The notes under the pieces are model-generated. The model was not told the DNA's origin. It was given only the letters and a program-made list of their open reading frames with translations, and searched no databases. Both the position numbers and the translations under genes were made by a program. A DNA stretch of 59,262 bases, filler included. It is 6 parts of 6 records of this genome, joined end to end, with 100 filler letters (N's around TTAATTAATTAA, not from the genome) between each part and the next. Parts side by side here need not be neighbours in the genome. Positions count along the whole stretch, not along the records: positions 19,717 to 38,409 come from SRR31147125_4279; 5 more parts are not named here. One strand, written 5' to 3'. This document shows, piece by piece, positions 19,740 to 30,467 of the stretch. Positions within the stretch are counted from its first letter, which is position 1. Each line of letters begins with the position of its first letter.

Positions 19740-22661
19740 ATGTGGCATAAAACAAAAGATTTTTTAAACAAGATAGTATCATTAACAAAGACAGGATATG
19801 AATATTTAACAAACGCGATAAGTATTGGATTTAAATACTTATTTTTGTCGATTAAATTATTTTTTAAATATCTACTCATCGGATTACACTATTTATTTTT
19901 ACCAATCACTTATGTATTAACACAATTAGGTAAATTTTTAAATCAGTTTGAGTTTTACAGAAAGATGGTTAATAGCCATGCTTTTAGTTGGATAAAAGCT
20001 ATTTTATCAGTTTTTATATGGGGAATCGGGCAATTATTTAATGGGCAAAAATTAAAAGCATTTATATTCTTTTCAATCTTTGTTTTATTTATAGGTGTTG
20101 AACTTGGAACAAGTTCATATTTCGAAGAAACCAATGCTTACGATAAGTTACCAGGTGAAGACTTTGGTGATGAATATATTTCAAGCATTATGGGTGACTT
20201 CTATGATTTCACAAATGACACATATAGAATTAACTATCCATCATTTGAAACATATCTTGAATCAATTGGAAAAAGTGGATCAGATATTACACAAATAACA
20301 GAAGAAGAATTTATTTCATTTTTAGCACAAGATTTAAAAGATAACAATCCAATAACATATACAAACTTAGATAATGCTCTTGTATCTGTTGGATTAGAAA
20401 ATATTGATTTTTCAGCATATGCTGACGAAACATTATATTATAATGAAGGTACTTTTTATCAAGTACAATCATCTGGTAACACATATGTTGAACTAGACTT
20501 AGATTCACATATGACTATTTCATCGAATACATTAACGGATGTAAGTGATTTTAGTGAAGTGATATTAACAAACACAGCTTGGATGGGTACAGTTGATGGA
20601 AGTGATGTTTACGTTGTTGAAGTAACATCTGATGGTCAACTTGCATATCTAAATCTAGATACTTATCAAATCATAGAAAACGTTAATGATCTAGAGACAA
20701 TTATATTAACCGATGCCATTGATTACGAACATATTGTTAGATCTCAAAGTATGTATGTTGATGAAGATGGGAATTATTACACTGCACAAAGTGTACTTGG
20801 TACAAATGCTAAAGAATATATCGAAACTGACATTATTACCGGTGAAGTCAATGCAGATAATATTATACTAGATGAGTCAGTACTAACAGAGTTTACAAAA
20901 AATAGTACAGTCTATCAAGTTGAAGTTGCAGGCGTCACAACTTATTATATTGAAGTTGATACATTCGACGAAGATAACAACGAAGTTACAAAATATATTA
21001 ATATATCAACAAAAGAAGTTGTTGATAGCATTGATGCATCAGCAACAATGCTTGACCTTGTAGGTCCAATTTTTAAAGTTGATCAAGCATATTATGAATA
21101 TTATAAACCAGGACTTATTTATTTAAATAATACACTATCATTTGAAGGTACAGTATTCAGTGATAAAGTTAAAGATTCTATGTATGTGACATATAGTCAA
21201 GCATGGAATACATATACTGAAAATGATTATTTAAGATTCATTATTAAAGTTTATTTTGAAATATATCAAGATGAAAAAGAAGCATTTGTTACAGCATTTG
21301 ATAATTTCTATTATGATCAAGCAGGTCTTTTTGTGAAATCATATTGGGCAGTCACAACGCTTGGGACATCAAGTTTAGTAGAACTTGAGTCTTATAATAC
21401 ATTAAAAACGGCTTTAGTCGGTGATTCATCAAATGCACCTAAAATACCAATTACGCTTTTACCAAGTTTACCAATTATGGGACATGTGAGTGCGCAAATA
21501 CTTATTGAGGGTATTATCGGTATAATTATTTCTATTTTCTTTTTTATCTTTATGATTTGGTCTGTTAGAGATGCGTATAAAGTCTCTGAACAAAAACGTA
21601 AAAAGAAAAAAGTGCTTTCTGATGTCAAATACTTAAGTGAAACATTTGAAAGAGGATTTGCATATTTCATTTTATCACCAGCAATTGCAGTATTATCATT
21701 TATTTCACTCATGCCAATTGCATTTGGATTCATCATCGCATTTACAAATATCGCAGGTAGAAAATCATTAATTGAAACTTTTGATTATGTGGGATTTGAT
21801 AACTTTATCGCTTTATTTGATTTTTCAGGAACATTAGGATCAACATTTGGTCAAGCATTCTGGAGAGTACTTGGATGGACTATTATTTGGGCCATATTCT
21901 CTACAGCTACAGTCTTCTTTGGTGGCTTCTTCCAAGCAATCATATTAAATAGTGAAAAAGTAGTATTTAGAAAATTTTGGAGAACCGTGATGATTCTACC
22001 TTGGGCAATCCCAGCTTTATTATCACAAATGATTTTTAAAGTGATGTTTGCAGAAACAGGGTACATCAATCAACTTGCAAGGCAAGTAGGGCTCTATGAT
22101 CTGTTTTCAAATTGGGGGATACTCGGACGGCAGTTTGAAACCCTAAATAGCATACAAAAATTCTTCTATTTAGGGAATCAAAATATTCAATGGTTTACCA
22201 ATCCAAATAATCCAACTTTTGTTAGAATTGTATTAATCGTAGTTAATATTTGGCTAGGATTCCCATACTTTATGGCTTTAATGACTGGTGTCATGACAGC
22301 CATTGATAAAACATTATATGAAGCAGCAGATATAGATGGTGCATCTAATGGTCAAAAACTTACTAAAATTACTATGCCATTGGTATTATACTCTACAGCA
22401 CCTATCTTAATTATGACATTCTCATCTAATTTTAATAATTTTGGTGTCATCTACTTTATCACAGGTGGTGGACCGAATGCAGGTAATTACAACCGGGGTT
22501 ATGCCGGTGATACCGATATTCTTATTTCGTGGATGTATAAATTGACAGTTGATGAAGCAATATATAATATGGCTTCGGTATTCTCTGTGCTCATATTCTT
22601 CTTTGTCGGTTCCGTGACCGCATGGAATTTATCTAAGACTAGAGCATTTACGGAGGACTAA
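19740..22661 (+). CDS. malF: Maltose/maltodextrin ABC permease MalF/MalC type with very large extracellular domain
   Basis: WGIGQLFNGQ N-motif, LPWAIP, WLGFPYFM, EAA motif LYEAADIDGA, GDTDILISWMYK; 973 aa; SD AGGAGG. Confidence 0.88.
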   Translation: MWHKTKDFLNKIVSLTKTGYEYLTNAISIGFKYLFLSIKLFFKYLLIGLHYLFLPITYVLTQLGKFLNQFEFYRKMVNSHAFSWIKAILSVFIWGIGQLFNGQKLKAFIFFSIFVLFIGVELGTSSYFEETNAYDKLPGEDFGDEYISSIMGDFYDFTNDTYRINYPSFETYLESIGKSGSDITQITEEEFISFLAQDLKDNNPITYTNLDNALVSVGLENIDFSAYADETLYYNEGTFYQVQSSGNTYVELDLDSHMTISSNTLTDVSDFSEVILTNTAWMGTVDGSDVYVVEVTSDGQLAYLNLDTYQIIENVNDLETIILTDAIDYEHIVRSQSMYVDEDGNYYTAQSVLGTNAKEYIETDIITGEVNADNIILDESVLTEFTKNSTVYQVEVAGVTTYYIEVDTFDEDNNEVTKYINISTKEVVDSIDASATMLDLVGPIFKVDQAYYEYYKPGLIYLNNTLSFEGTVFSDKVKDSMYVTYSQAWNTYTENDYLRFIIKVYFEIYQDEKEAFVTAFDNFYYDQAGLFVKSYWAVTTLGTSSLVELESYNTLKTALVGDSSNAPKIPITLLPSLPIMGHVSAQILIEGIIGIIISIFFFIFMIWSVRDAYKVSEQKRKKKKVLSDVKYLSETFERGFAYFILSPAIAVLSFISLMPIAFGFIIAFTNIAGRKSLIETFDYVGFDNFIALFDFSGTLGSTFGQAFWRVLGWTIIWAIFSTATVFFGGFFQAIILNSEKVVFRKFWRTVMILPWAIPALLSQMIFKVMFAETGYINQLARQVGLYDLFSNWGILGRQFETLNSIQKFFYLGNQNIQWFTNPNNPTFVRIVLIVVNIWLGFPYFMALMTGVMTAIDKTLYEAADIDGASNGQKLTKITMPLVLYSTAPILIMTFSSNFNNFGVIYFITGGGPNAGNYNRGYAGDTDILISWMYKLTVDEAIYNMASVFSVLIFFFVGSVTAWNLSKTRAFTED

Positions 22662-22664
22662 ACG

Positions 22665-23729
22665 ATGAATTCAGTAACTATATTACTCGTATTTTTAATC
22701 ATTGTATTATTGTTAACGCATCAATCAGTTGTTGTTGAATATGCCAGAAAACGCGGATATGAAGGCATAAAACCAGCATTTATTGGATTGATACCGATAG
22801 GTGGTTTCTATATTTATAAGAAATTACCACTTAAGAGAAATACATCAAAGCTTGGGATCAAGCAAGTATTTAAACCTAAATCTATATTAGTAAGAATGCT
22901 TATTTCAGCTGAAATAGCATTGGTCACTATTGTTGTTTTAATTCCAGTTATTTATATTTTTGGTACAGCATTTTCAAATATTAGAACGAGTGTACCAAAT
23001 ACGATTTGGCCAGAAAATCCAAATTTTGAAGCATTCATATATCTGTTTGAAGAAACAGAGTTTGTAAACTGGTATAAAAACACTTTAATTATCGCGCTCA
23101 TTAACATGTTTGTAGGGACTGTAGTGATTACAGGTGCCGCATATGTGTTTGCTAGATTTAAATTTAAGGGAAAGAAAAGTGGGCTACTTACTATTCTAGT
23201 ATTACAATCATTCCCTTCATTTATGGGTCTATTTGCGATGTATGTATTATTTTGGAAGTTTGGATTACTAGGTCGACCATCATATTTATCAATCTTATAT
23301 ATTGGTGGATCAATTCCTGGGAACCTTTGGTTAATTAAAGGATTTATGAGTCAAATTCCAAAAGATTTAGATGAATCAGCAATGATAGATGGTGCGAATA
23401 AATTTCAAATATTTAAAAATATTATTCTACCATTATCAGTACCTATTTTAACTTTTGTTGCTGTATCTATGTTTATGGCACCATGGATGGATTATATGTT
23501 ACCAAGTTATTTATTAACGATACCACGAGCTGGTATGAGTGGCACAGATACATCTAGTCAATGGACAGTTGCAGTTGGTATTTATAAGTTTATCAATGAT
23601 TCAACATACTTAAATTATTCAGCATTTGCAGCAGCAGCAATATTAATTGGTGCGCCAATTACAGCATTATATATGGCATTCCAAAAATACTTAATTGAAG
23701 GTATTATGGCAGGTGCAACTAAAGGGTAA
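22665..23729 (+). CDS. malG: Maltodextrin ABC permease MalG/MalD type
   Basis: WYKNTL, ARFKFKGK, IPKDLDESAMIDGA EAA motif, C-terminal GATKG. Confidence 0.9.
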   Translation: MNSVTILLVFLIIVLLLTHQSVVVEYARKRGYEGIKPAFIGLIPIGGFYIYKKLPLKRNTSKLGIKQVFKPKSILVRMLISAEIALVTIVVLIPVIYIFGTAFSNIRTSVPNTIWPENPNFEAFIYLFEETEFVNWYKNTLIIALINMFVGTVVITGAAYVFARFKFKGKKSGLLTILVLQSFPSFMGLFAMYVLFWKFGLLGRPSYLSILYIGGSIPGNLWLIKGFMSQIPKDLDESAMIDGANKFQIFKNIILPLSVPILTFVAVSMFMAPWMDYMLPSYLLTIPRAGMSGTDTSSQWTVAVGIYKFINDSTYLNYSAFAAAAILIGAPITALYMAFQKYLIEGIMAGATKG

Positions 23730-23747
23730 TTTATATTACCCTTTTTT
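23721..23747 (+). terminator. Intrinsic terminator overlapping malG stop
   Basis: AAAGGGTAAT-TTAT-ATTACCCTTT plus TTT. Confidence 0.8.
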
Positions 23748-23754
23748 ACCGAAA

Positions 23755-23772
23755 TGTGGTAGCGTTAGCACA
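23755..23772. promoter_or_regulatory. LacI-family operator upstream of the phosphorylase operon
   Basis: TGTGGTAGCGTTAGCACA, CG-centred palindrome (14/18 self-complementary); extended -10 TGATAAAAT about 20 bp downstream. Confidence 0.65.
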
Positions 23773-23832
23773 CTTATAAATGCACGCTAACATGATAAAA
23801 TATAAGTGAAAATTTACGAAGGAGTTAAAAAA

Positions 23833-26214
23833 ATGAATCATAATTTTAAAGATAAAGAAACATTTAAGAAGGTATATATAAAGCGATTAAGTCAATCGTT
23901 TAATAAGACGGTAGAAACATCTACAATTGATGAAAGATATAGTGTATTATCGTTGATGTTAAATGATCAATTACAGGAAAATCTAGATCGAACAAATGCA
24001 TATGTGCAAGAACATCAATTAAAGAAAACTATATACTTTTCAATGGAATTTTTAATGGGTAGATTGATCACAAATAATTTACAAAATAGTGGTTACTATG
24101 ATGTGGTTAAATCTGCATTTAATGATTTAGATATTGATTTAAACGAAGTAGAACACGCTGAATCAGATGCGGGATTAGGAAATGGTGGTTTAGGTAGACT
24201 TGCGGCATGTTTTCTAGATTCTGCAGCATCAATTTCACTTCCGTTATATGGTAATTCTATTCGTTATGAAAAAGGGTTTTTCACACAAGAGATTAAAAAT
24301 CATGAACAGATAGAACATCCTGATCATTGGCTTGATAAACCTTTTTATTGGGAAGAAAGAAAAGAAGATGAAGCGATAGATATTCCGTTTTTTGGAAGAT
24401 TAGAAAATGGTAAAGTCATTGATGCTGCTTGGGTAAAAGCAGTACCATATGATGTAAAAATTGTTGGTGATCAAAACGGTGTTGTTACAACACTGAGATT
24501 ATGGGGTACTGAAGTATCTGATAAACAAGTTGTAAAAGATGAAGCATATGTAGCGTTTGTTAATCGCATTGATGATTCTCTTTATCCAGATGATTCTACA
24601 GAAGATGGTAAATTACTACGATTACAACAACAGTATTTATTTAGTTCTGCAGGTATTATTTCAGCGATTAAAGAGCATAAAGCTCAAGGTAGAGATATTC
24701 TTGATTTACCATCATTTTATACATTCCAAATTAATGATACACATCCAACATTAATGATTCCAGAATTAATGAGAATACTCATGGATGAAGAACAACTATC
24801 ATATGAAAAAGCTTGGGAAGTGACTACTCATACATGCGCATTTACTAATCATACAATTTTAGCAGAAGCACTTGAAACATGGGATGTTACGTTAATTGAG
24901 AAATTATTACCAAGAATTTATGAAATTATAAAAGTATTAGATACCCACTTCCTTAAAGATTTGAAAAATAAAGAATTATTTAATGATCAAGAAATTAAGC
25001 AAATGCGTATTATTGCAGATGGACGCGTTAAAATGGCACACCTATGTATTTTCGGTTCATTTAGTGTCAATGGTGTTGCTGCATTACATACTGATATTTT
25101 AAAAGAAATTGAAATGCGTAATTTTTATCGCATGTATCCAAATAAATTTAACAATAAAACAAATGGTATTACCCATAGACGCTGGTTAATTCATACAAAT
25201 CCTGAATTGGTTGCTATATTAGATGATAAAATTGGTACAAGTTGGCGTAAAGATTTATCAGAGCTAGAAAAACTTGATCAATTTATTGATGATGAAGAAA
25301 CATTGAAACGCATTAATGAAATGAAATTAGCAAAAAAACAAGCACTTGCAGATAGAATTTATAGAGAACAGGGTGTTAAACTGGATGTACATAGTTTATT
25401 TGATGTACAAGTGAAACGTCTTCATGAATATAAAAGACAACTTATGAATGTCATGCACATTATTTATGTATATAATAGATTAAAATCTGATCCTGTATTT
25501 AAAGCAAACTATGTTGCGCATTCATTTATCTTTGGAGCAAAAGCAGCACCAAGTTATTATGTCGCTAAAAAAGTGATTGATTTAATTTCAACTGTAGCAG
25601 ATGTCATTAATCAAGATCAAGAAACTAATGATTTACTAAAAGTAGTATTTGTAGAAAATTACAATGTCTCTTATGCAGAACTTATTTTCCCAGCAGCTGA
25701 TTTATCTGAACAAATTTCAACCGCATCGAAAGAAGCAAGTGGCACAGGAAACATGAAATTCATGTTGAACGGTGCTATTACGATTGGTACTATGGATGGA
25801 GCGAATGTTGAAATTGTACAAGAAGCAGGCATAGAAAATGAAATTATTTTTGGTATGTCTTCTGATGAAGTAAATGAGCTTTATAAAAATAAATCATATG
25901 TGTCAAAAGATATCTATAATAAAGATCAGAGAATACAGCAAATATTTGCATTTATTGATACACTACATAAGGATAAATCTCATTATCAAGCGATTAAAGA
26001 TACATTGTTAAACGAAGATTATTTCTTCGTGCTTAAAGATTTTGATAGTTATGTAAAAGCACATGAAATCGCAAACGAACAATATAAAGATAAACAAAGC
26101 TGGTTAAGAAAATCTCTTAAAAACATTGCACATTCTGGCTATTTTACATCAGATCGTACAATTGAAAACTATAATAAAGATATCTGGCATTTAGAAAAAT
26201 TATTTAAGAAATAG
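23833..26214 (+). CDS. glgP: Glycogen/maltodextrin phosphorylase (GT35)
   Basis: YFSMEFLMGR, GLGNGGLGRLAACFLDS, INDTHP, KRLHEYKRQ, KEASGTGNMK; ATG after AAGGAG. Confidence 0.95.
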   Translation: MNHNFKDKETFKKVYIKRLSQSFNKTVETSTIDERYSVLSLMLNDQLQENLDRTNAYVQEHQLKKTIYFSMEFLMGRLITNNLQNSGYYDVVKSAFNDLDIDLNEVEHAESDAGLGNGGLGRLAACFLDSAASISLPLYGNSIRYEKGFFTQEIKNHEQIEHPDHWLDKPFYWEERKEDEAIDIPFFGRLENGKVIDAAWVKAVPYDVKIVGDQNGVVTTLRLWGTEVSDKQVVKDEAYVAFVNRIDDSLYPDDSTEDGKLLRLQQQYLFSSAGIISAIKEHKAQGRDILDLPSFYTFQINDTHPTLMIPELMRILMDEEQLSYEKAWEVTTHTCAFTNHTILAEALETWDVTLIEKLLPRIYEIIKVLDTHFLKDLKNKELFNDQEIKQMRIIADGRVKMAHLCIFGSFSVNGVAALHTDILKEIEMRNFYRMYPNKFNNKTNGITHRRWLIHTNPELVAILDDKIGTSWRKDLSELEKLDQFIDDEETLKRINEMKLAKKQALADRIYREQGVKLDVHSLFDVQVKRLHEYKRQLMNVMHIIYVYNRLKSDPVFKANYVAHSFIFGAKAAPSYYVAKKVIDLISTVADVINQDQETNDLLKVVFVENYNVSYAELIFPAADLSEQISTASKEASGTGNMKFMLNGAITIGTMDGANVEIVQEAGIENEIIFGMSSDEVNELYKNKSYVSKDIYNKDQRIQQIFAFIDTLHKDKSHYQAIKDTLLNEDYFFVLKDFDSYVKAHEIANEQYKDKQSWLRKSLKNIAHSGYFTSDRTIENYNKDIWHLEKLFKK

Positions 26215-26232
26215 TAAAAGTAGGTTCTAACG

Positions 26233-27516
26233 ATGGCAAAACAAACGAATGTCAATTTAAGACAAATGACTTTTTATCAAATTTTTCCTAGGCAATACAG
26301 TCAAGAGGGGAATTTTCTAGCAATTATTGATGATTTAGAACGTATTAAAAAATTGGGTGTTGATGTAATTTATTTAACACCCATTCATCCTATCGGACAA
26401 AAAGCTAGAAAAGGATCTATGGGTTCTCCATACGCGATTAAAGATTATTATCAAATCGATGAAAGTTTTGGTTCTCTAGAAGATTTTAAAAAGTTGATTG
26501 ATGAAGCACATCGAAAACATATAAAAATTATGATTGATATCGTGATTAATCATACATCGAGAGACTCAATATTAGTAAGCAAACATCCTGAATGGTTTTA
26601 TAAAAATGAAAAAGGTGAGTTTGCCAATCGTGTTGGTGATTGGTCAGACATTACCGATTTGGATTATCAAAACAAGGAAGTATGGCATTATATGCAAGAC
26701 ATGCTAAGTTATTGGGCAAAACTTGTCGATGGTTTTAGATGTGATGTTGCCCCACTTATTCCATTAGATTTTTGGTTAGAGACCAGAAAACTTATTGATA
26801 AAATTAATCCAAATATTATATGGTTAACTGAATCAGTTCATCCAGGGTTTATTAAATATTTAAGAGATTTAGGTCATGAGTGCCACACAGATAGTGAAAT
26901 GTATCAGGCATTTGACATATGTTATGATTATGATATATTTGATGATATGGATGCTTATTTAAAAGATCCTAGTCAATTGGACCAATGGATATCATCGATT
27001 TTAAGACAAGAAGTGACATATCCTAGTAACTATGTTAAATTAAGAAGTTTTGAAAACCATGATCAAAAAAGGCTCAGATCAAAAGTAAGAGATGAGGTTC
27101 ACTTCATTCAAATGCTTTCTTGGATGTATTTCATGAGAGGGAGTGCATTTATCTATGCAGGTATGGAACATCAAGCAATCAAAGCACCTTCGTTATTTGA
27201 AAAAGATGTGGTTAACTGGGATGTATCATTATCAGTAGAAGATTTAATGAGACAGTTATCCATGATCAAAAAACATTATTTATTTAAGGATGGACATTTT
27301 AATTGTTCAAACAATCATGGTGTTATTGTTGCATCTTATCACTTAAATCTAGAAAAAATAGTGGGAATTTTTAATCTTGAGTCACAATCCAAAGTCGAAG
27401 TAGAACTACCTGATGGCATGTATACTAATATGATAGATCATACAAAAATAAGTATCAAAAATGGTAGTATTATACTTAAAGACAAACCAATTATTCTAAA
27501 TGTGAAGGAAACCTAA
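26233..27516 (+). CDS. GH13 alpha-amylase family (cytoplasmic)
   Basis: DIVINHTS, DGFRCDVAP, WLTESVH, FENHDQ (intact catalytic D/E/D). Confidence 0.9.
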   Translation: MAKQTNVNLRQMTFYQIFPRQYSQEGNFLAIIDDLERIKKLGVDVIYLTPIHPIGQKARKGSMGSPYAIKDYYQIDESFGSLEDFKKLIDEAHRKHIKIMIDIVINHTSRDSILVSKHPEWFYKNEKGEFANRVGDWSDITDLDYQNKEVWHYMQDMLSYWAKLVDGFRCDVAPLIPLDFWLETRKLIDKINPNIIWLTESVHPGFIKYLRDLGHECHTDSEMYQAFDICYDYDIFDDMDAYLKDPSQLDQWISSILRQEVTYPSNYVKLRSFENHDQKRLRSKVRDEVHFIQMLSWMYFMRGSAFIYAGMEHQAIKAPSLFEKDVVNWDVSLSVEDLMRQLSMIKKHYLFKDGHFNCSNNHGVIVASYHLNLEKIVGIFNLESQSKVEVELPDGMYTNMIDHTKISIKNGSIILKDKPIILNVKET

Positions 27517-27520
27517 ATTT

Positions 27521-29476
27521 ATGAAAGCATTTATTGAGGATTTAGATTTAATAGCGATAGAGACAAGTGAAACTATTGATCAAATTGATCTTACTGGCTA
27601 TCGATTAACATTTAAATATACGAAAGATGAAAAACAATATTATCTAACAAATCGTGAACTGGATTTACATCATGATTTATTTATTAAGATTAATCATCAA
27701 TCCCTTCGATTAAAACTCGGTCATGTTACATTAAGTCATCGATTTGATCAGAAGTATCGATATGATGGGCCATTAGGTTATGTTTATGAAAAACATCAAA
27801 CGTCATTTTATTTATTTTCACCAGTTGCAAAATTTGTAGAAGTAGTCATTGGTCAAGAAACATTTCCGATGACTTATGAACAACCTATATGGAAAGCACA
27901 TGTTAAAGGTGATTACGAAGGTAAATCATATGCATATCGGATTCGATTAGAAAATGATTTTAAAATAGTTAAAGATCCGTACGCAAATGCTGCAACTACA
28001 CAAGGTAATATCATTATTGACTGGGATAATACATATCATATGACGCGTGCTCGATCAAATGTTAGAGCACATGTTGATGCAGTCATTTATGAAGGGCATG
28101 TCAGAGATATGACATTAGGTCTTGATGTTAAATATCCAGGAACATTTGATGGTCTTATTGAAAAAAATAGTGTTTTAGATCAATCTGTGATTGAATATGT
28201 TAAAAATCTAGGTATGACGCATTTACAATTGTTACCTATTTATGATTTTGAACTGGTCGATGAATGGGAAAAAGGAAAAGCGTATAATTGGGGATACAAT
28301 CCAAGTCAATATTTCGTCTTGGAAGGTTGGTATTCAAAAAATCCAGATGATCCTTATGATAGAATCAACGCATTGAAAAAAGTAATTGATGAAGCGCATG
28401 CAATTGGATTAGGCATCAATATGGATGTTGTTTATAATCATGTATTTGATCATAGGACATTTCCATATGACGATATTGTGCCTAAATATTTTTATAGACA
28501 TGATGAAAAAAATCATATGACTAATGGTTCGTTTTGTGGTAACGAAGTAGAATCTAGAAGATATATGGTTAGACGATTGATTGTAGATAGTTTAAAACAT
28601 TTTGCATCCGTTTTTAAAATGGATGGATTTAGATTTGATTTAATGGGATTACTTGATGTTGATACGATGCAATTCATTCATAAAGAACTTAAAAGTATTC
28701 ACCCTCATATGATGTTATATGGTGAGGGTTGGCATATGGCATCTGTTTTAGATGATGGATTAAGAGCTTCTATGAAGAACCATCAAAAAATATCTAGTTA
28801 TGCACATTTTAATGATGATTTTAGAAATACGATTAAAGGTAAACTTAATACACAGGAAATAGGATATGCTTATGGAGCGAAAGATTTAAACCATGTGACT
28901 GATTTAGTGGTTGGTTCACCGCATATGTTTAATCAACCTGGACAATCAATCAATTATGTTGAATGTCATGACAATTTAACGTTTTATGATCGTACAATGT
29001 TAAATTATAAAACATTTAATGATAAATTCTATGTTTATCAAGATTTTGTTAATCATGTGATCGCAATCAGTCAAGGCATGCCTTTTTATCACGCAGGCCA
29101 AGAATTCTATCGTAGTAAAAAAGGTGTTGAAAATTCATATGAATCAAGCGACGAAATTAATAGAATAGATTGGGTACCACAGGGTAGACATATTGATCAA
29201 CTTAAAAAAATACTTAAACTAAGAAAAAAATTTGATTTATATCGATTAAAAACATATGATCAAAAACGTGTAAAAATAAATATGTCTCATCAAGTGATCA
29301 CATATATTTTAGAAGATGATTCTCAAAGACTTACACATTATATATATAATCAATTTGAAGATATAAGGATAGCATGTAGTGAAGAAGTCTTATTTTCATC
29401 ACAAACTTACAAAAAAACTGATGATGAACTTATTTTGTCATCACCAGGTGTCTATATCACATATACCAAAAAATAA
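27521..29476 (+). CDS. pulA: Type I pullulanase-like GH13 debranching enzyme
   Basis: YNWGYNP, MDVVYNH, DGFRFDLMG, YGEGW, YVECHDN; no signal peptide. Confidence 0.9.
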   Translation: MKAFIEDLDLIAIETSETIDQIDLTGYRLTFKYTKDEKQYYLTNRELDLHHDLFIKINHQSLRLKLGHVTLSHRFDQKYRYDGPLGYVYEKHQTSFYLFSPVAKFVEVVIGQETFPMTYEQPIWKAHVKGDYEGKSYAYRIRLENDFKIVKDPYANAATTQGNIIIDWDNTYHMTRARSNVRAHVDAVIYEGHVRDMTLGLDVKYPGTFDGLIEKNSVLDQSVIEYVKNLGMTHLQLLPIYDFELVDEWEKGKAYNWGYNPSQYFVLEGWYSKNPDDPYDRINALKKVIDEAHAIGLGINMDVVYNHVFDHRTFPYDDIVPKYFYRHDEKNHMTNGSFCGNEVESRRYMVRRLIVDSLKHFASVFKMDGFRFDLMGLLDVDTMQFIHKELKSIHPHMMLYGEGWHMASVLDDGLRASMKNHQKISSYAHFNDDFRNTIKGKLNTQEIGYAYGAKDLNHVTDLVVGSPHMFNQPGQSINYVECHDNLTFYDRTMLNYKTFNDKFYVYQDFVNHVIAISQGMPFYHAGQEFYRSKKGVENSYESSDEINRIDWVPQGRHIDQLKKILKLRKKFDLYRLKTYDQKRVKINMSHQVITYILEDDSQRLTHYIYNQFEDIRIACSEEVLFSSQTYKKTDDELILSSPGVYITYTKK

Positions 29477-29499
29477 AAGGAGTAATTTACTCCTTTTTT
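29475..29499. terminator. Bidirectional terminator between convergent pulA and LacI regulator
   Basis: AAAAGGAGTA-ATT-TACTCCTTTT-TT. Confidence 0.7.
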
Positions 29500-30464
29500 G
29501 TTGAGTCTCTTTCTATTAAATTTACATCAATAATATCATGTAGGCTATCGAGTTCTACACCACGTATTAATCGATGAAGGTTAACAAATGATTGTTGTCC
29601 CATAAATTTTACAGATTGATGTATCGTAGTAATTGATGGTGTTGCCCATTTACTAAATGGCGTATCATCATAACCAATAAGTTTTATATCTTCTGGGACG
29701 CGACGTCCTAATTTTTTTAATATATTTAATGTTGCAAAAGCTAAAGTGTCGGAAAAAGTAAAGATACCATCTGCTTGTGGGTTATTTTTAAGTATTTCCT
29801 CTAAGAGTTTTACATCAGGATTAACTAAATCAAAATCATATATTTCTGCAAATATTTTCGTCGGTTTTAATACATTTAGAAAACCGATAGTACGCTCCAT
29901 TGTTGTAAGTAAAAAAGATGGACCTCTAAAGACTAAAATATTTTTAGCATTTAAATCAATTAGTTTTTGTGCAGATATTTCTCCACCTTTAATATTGTTA
30001 GAAGTAATAGATGGAATGTTTTCGTCTAAGATATGATCAACAGTAACTACAGGAATTTGAAGATGCTCAAGTTTATCTGTATTTGAAAAGTTAGATGCAA
30101 TAATTAATCCTTCAATATTGTATTGTTCAAAGAATTTTAAATATTCTAACTCTCGTTCTGGATCATCTTGTGTATGACAAAACATAATTTTGTATCCATA
30201 AGCTGCAGCTTGAGATTCAATACCTTCTAATAATTCACCATAAAAACTTGGTCCTATGTGAGGGACAATCACACCAATAATTTTTGAACTTCTATTGGTT
30301 AAACTTCTTGCTAATTGATTAGGAATAAAGCCAAGTTCTTTAATGATTTTATTAACTAATTCTTTAGTTGATTCGTGAACATAACCTTTCTGGTTGATCA
30401 CTCTCGATACCGTGGATACGGACACGTTTGCTTTTTTAGCAACATCTCTAATGGTTGGTTTCAT
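29487..30464 (-). CDS. LacI-family transcriptional regulator (probable maltodextrin repressor)
   Basis: TIRDVAKKANVSVSTVSRVIN HTH, PNQLARSL hinge, VPEDIKLIGYDD. Confidence 0.95.
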   Translation of the reverse strand: MKPTIRDVAKKANVSVSTVSRVINQKGYVHESTKELVNKIIKELGFIPNQLARSLTNRSSKIIGVIVPHIGPSFYGELLEGIESQAAAYGYKIMFCHTQDDPERELEYLKFFEQYNIEGLIIASNFSNTDKLEHLQIPVVTVDHILDENIPSITSNNIKGGEISAQKLIDLNAKNILVFRGPSFLLTTMERTIGFLNVLKPTKIFAEIYDFDLVNPDVKLLEEILKNNPQADGIFTFSDTLAFATLNILKKLGRRVPEDIKLIGYDDTPFSKWATPSITTIHQSVKFMGQQSFVNLHRLIRGVELDSLHDIIDVNLIERDSTKKE

Positions 30465-30467
30465 AGA

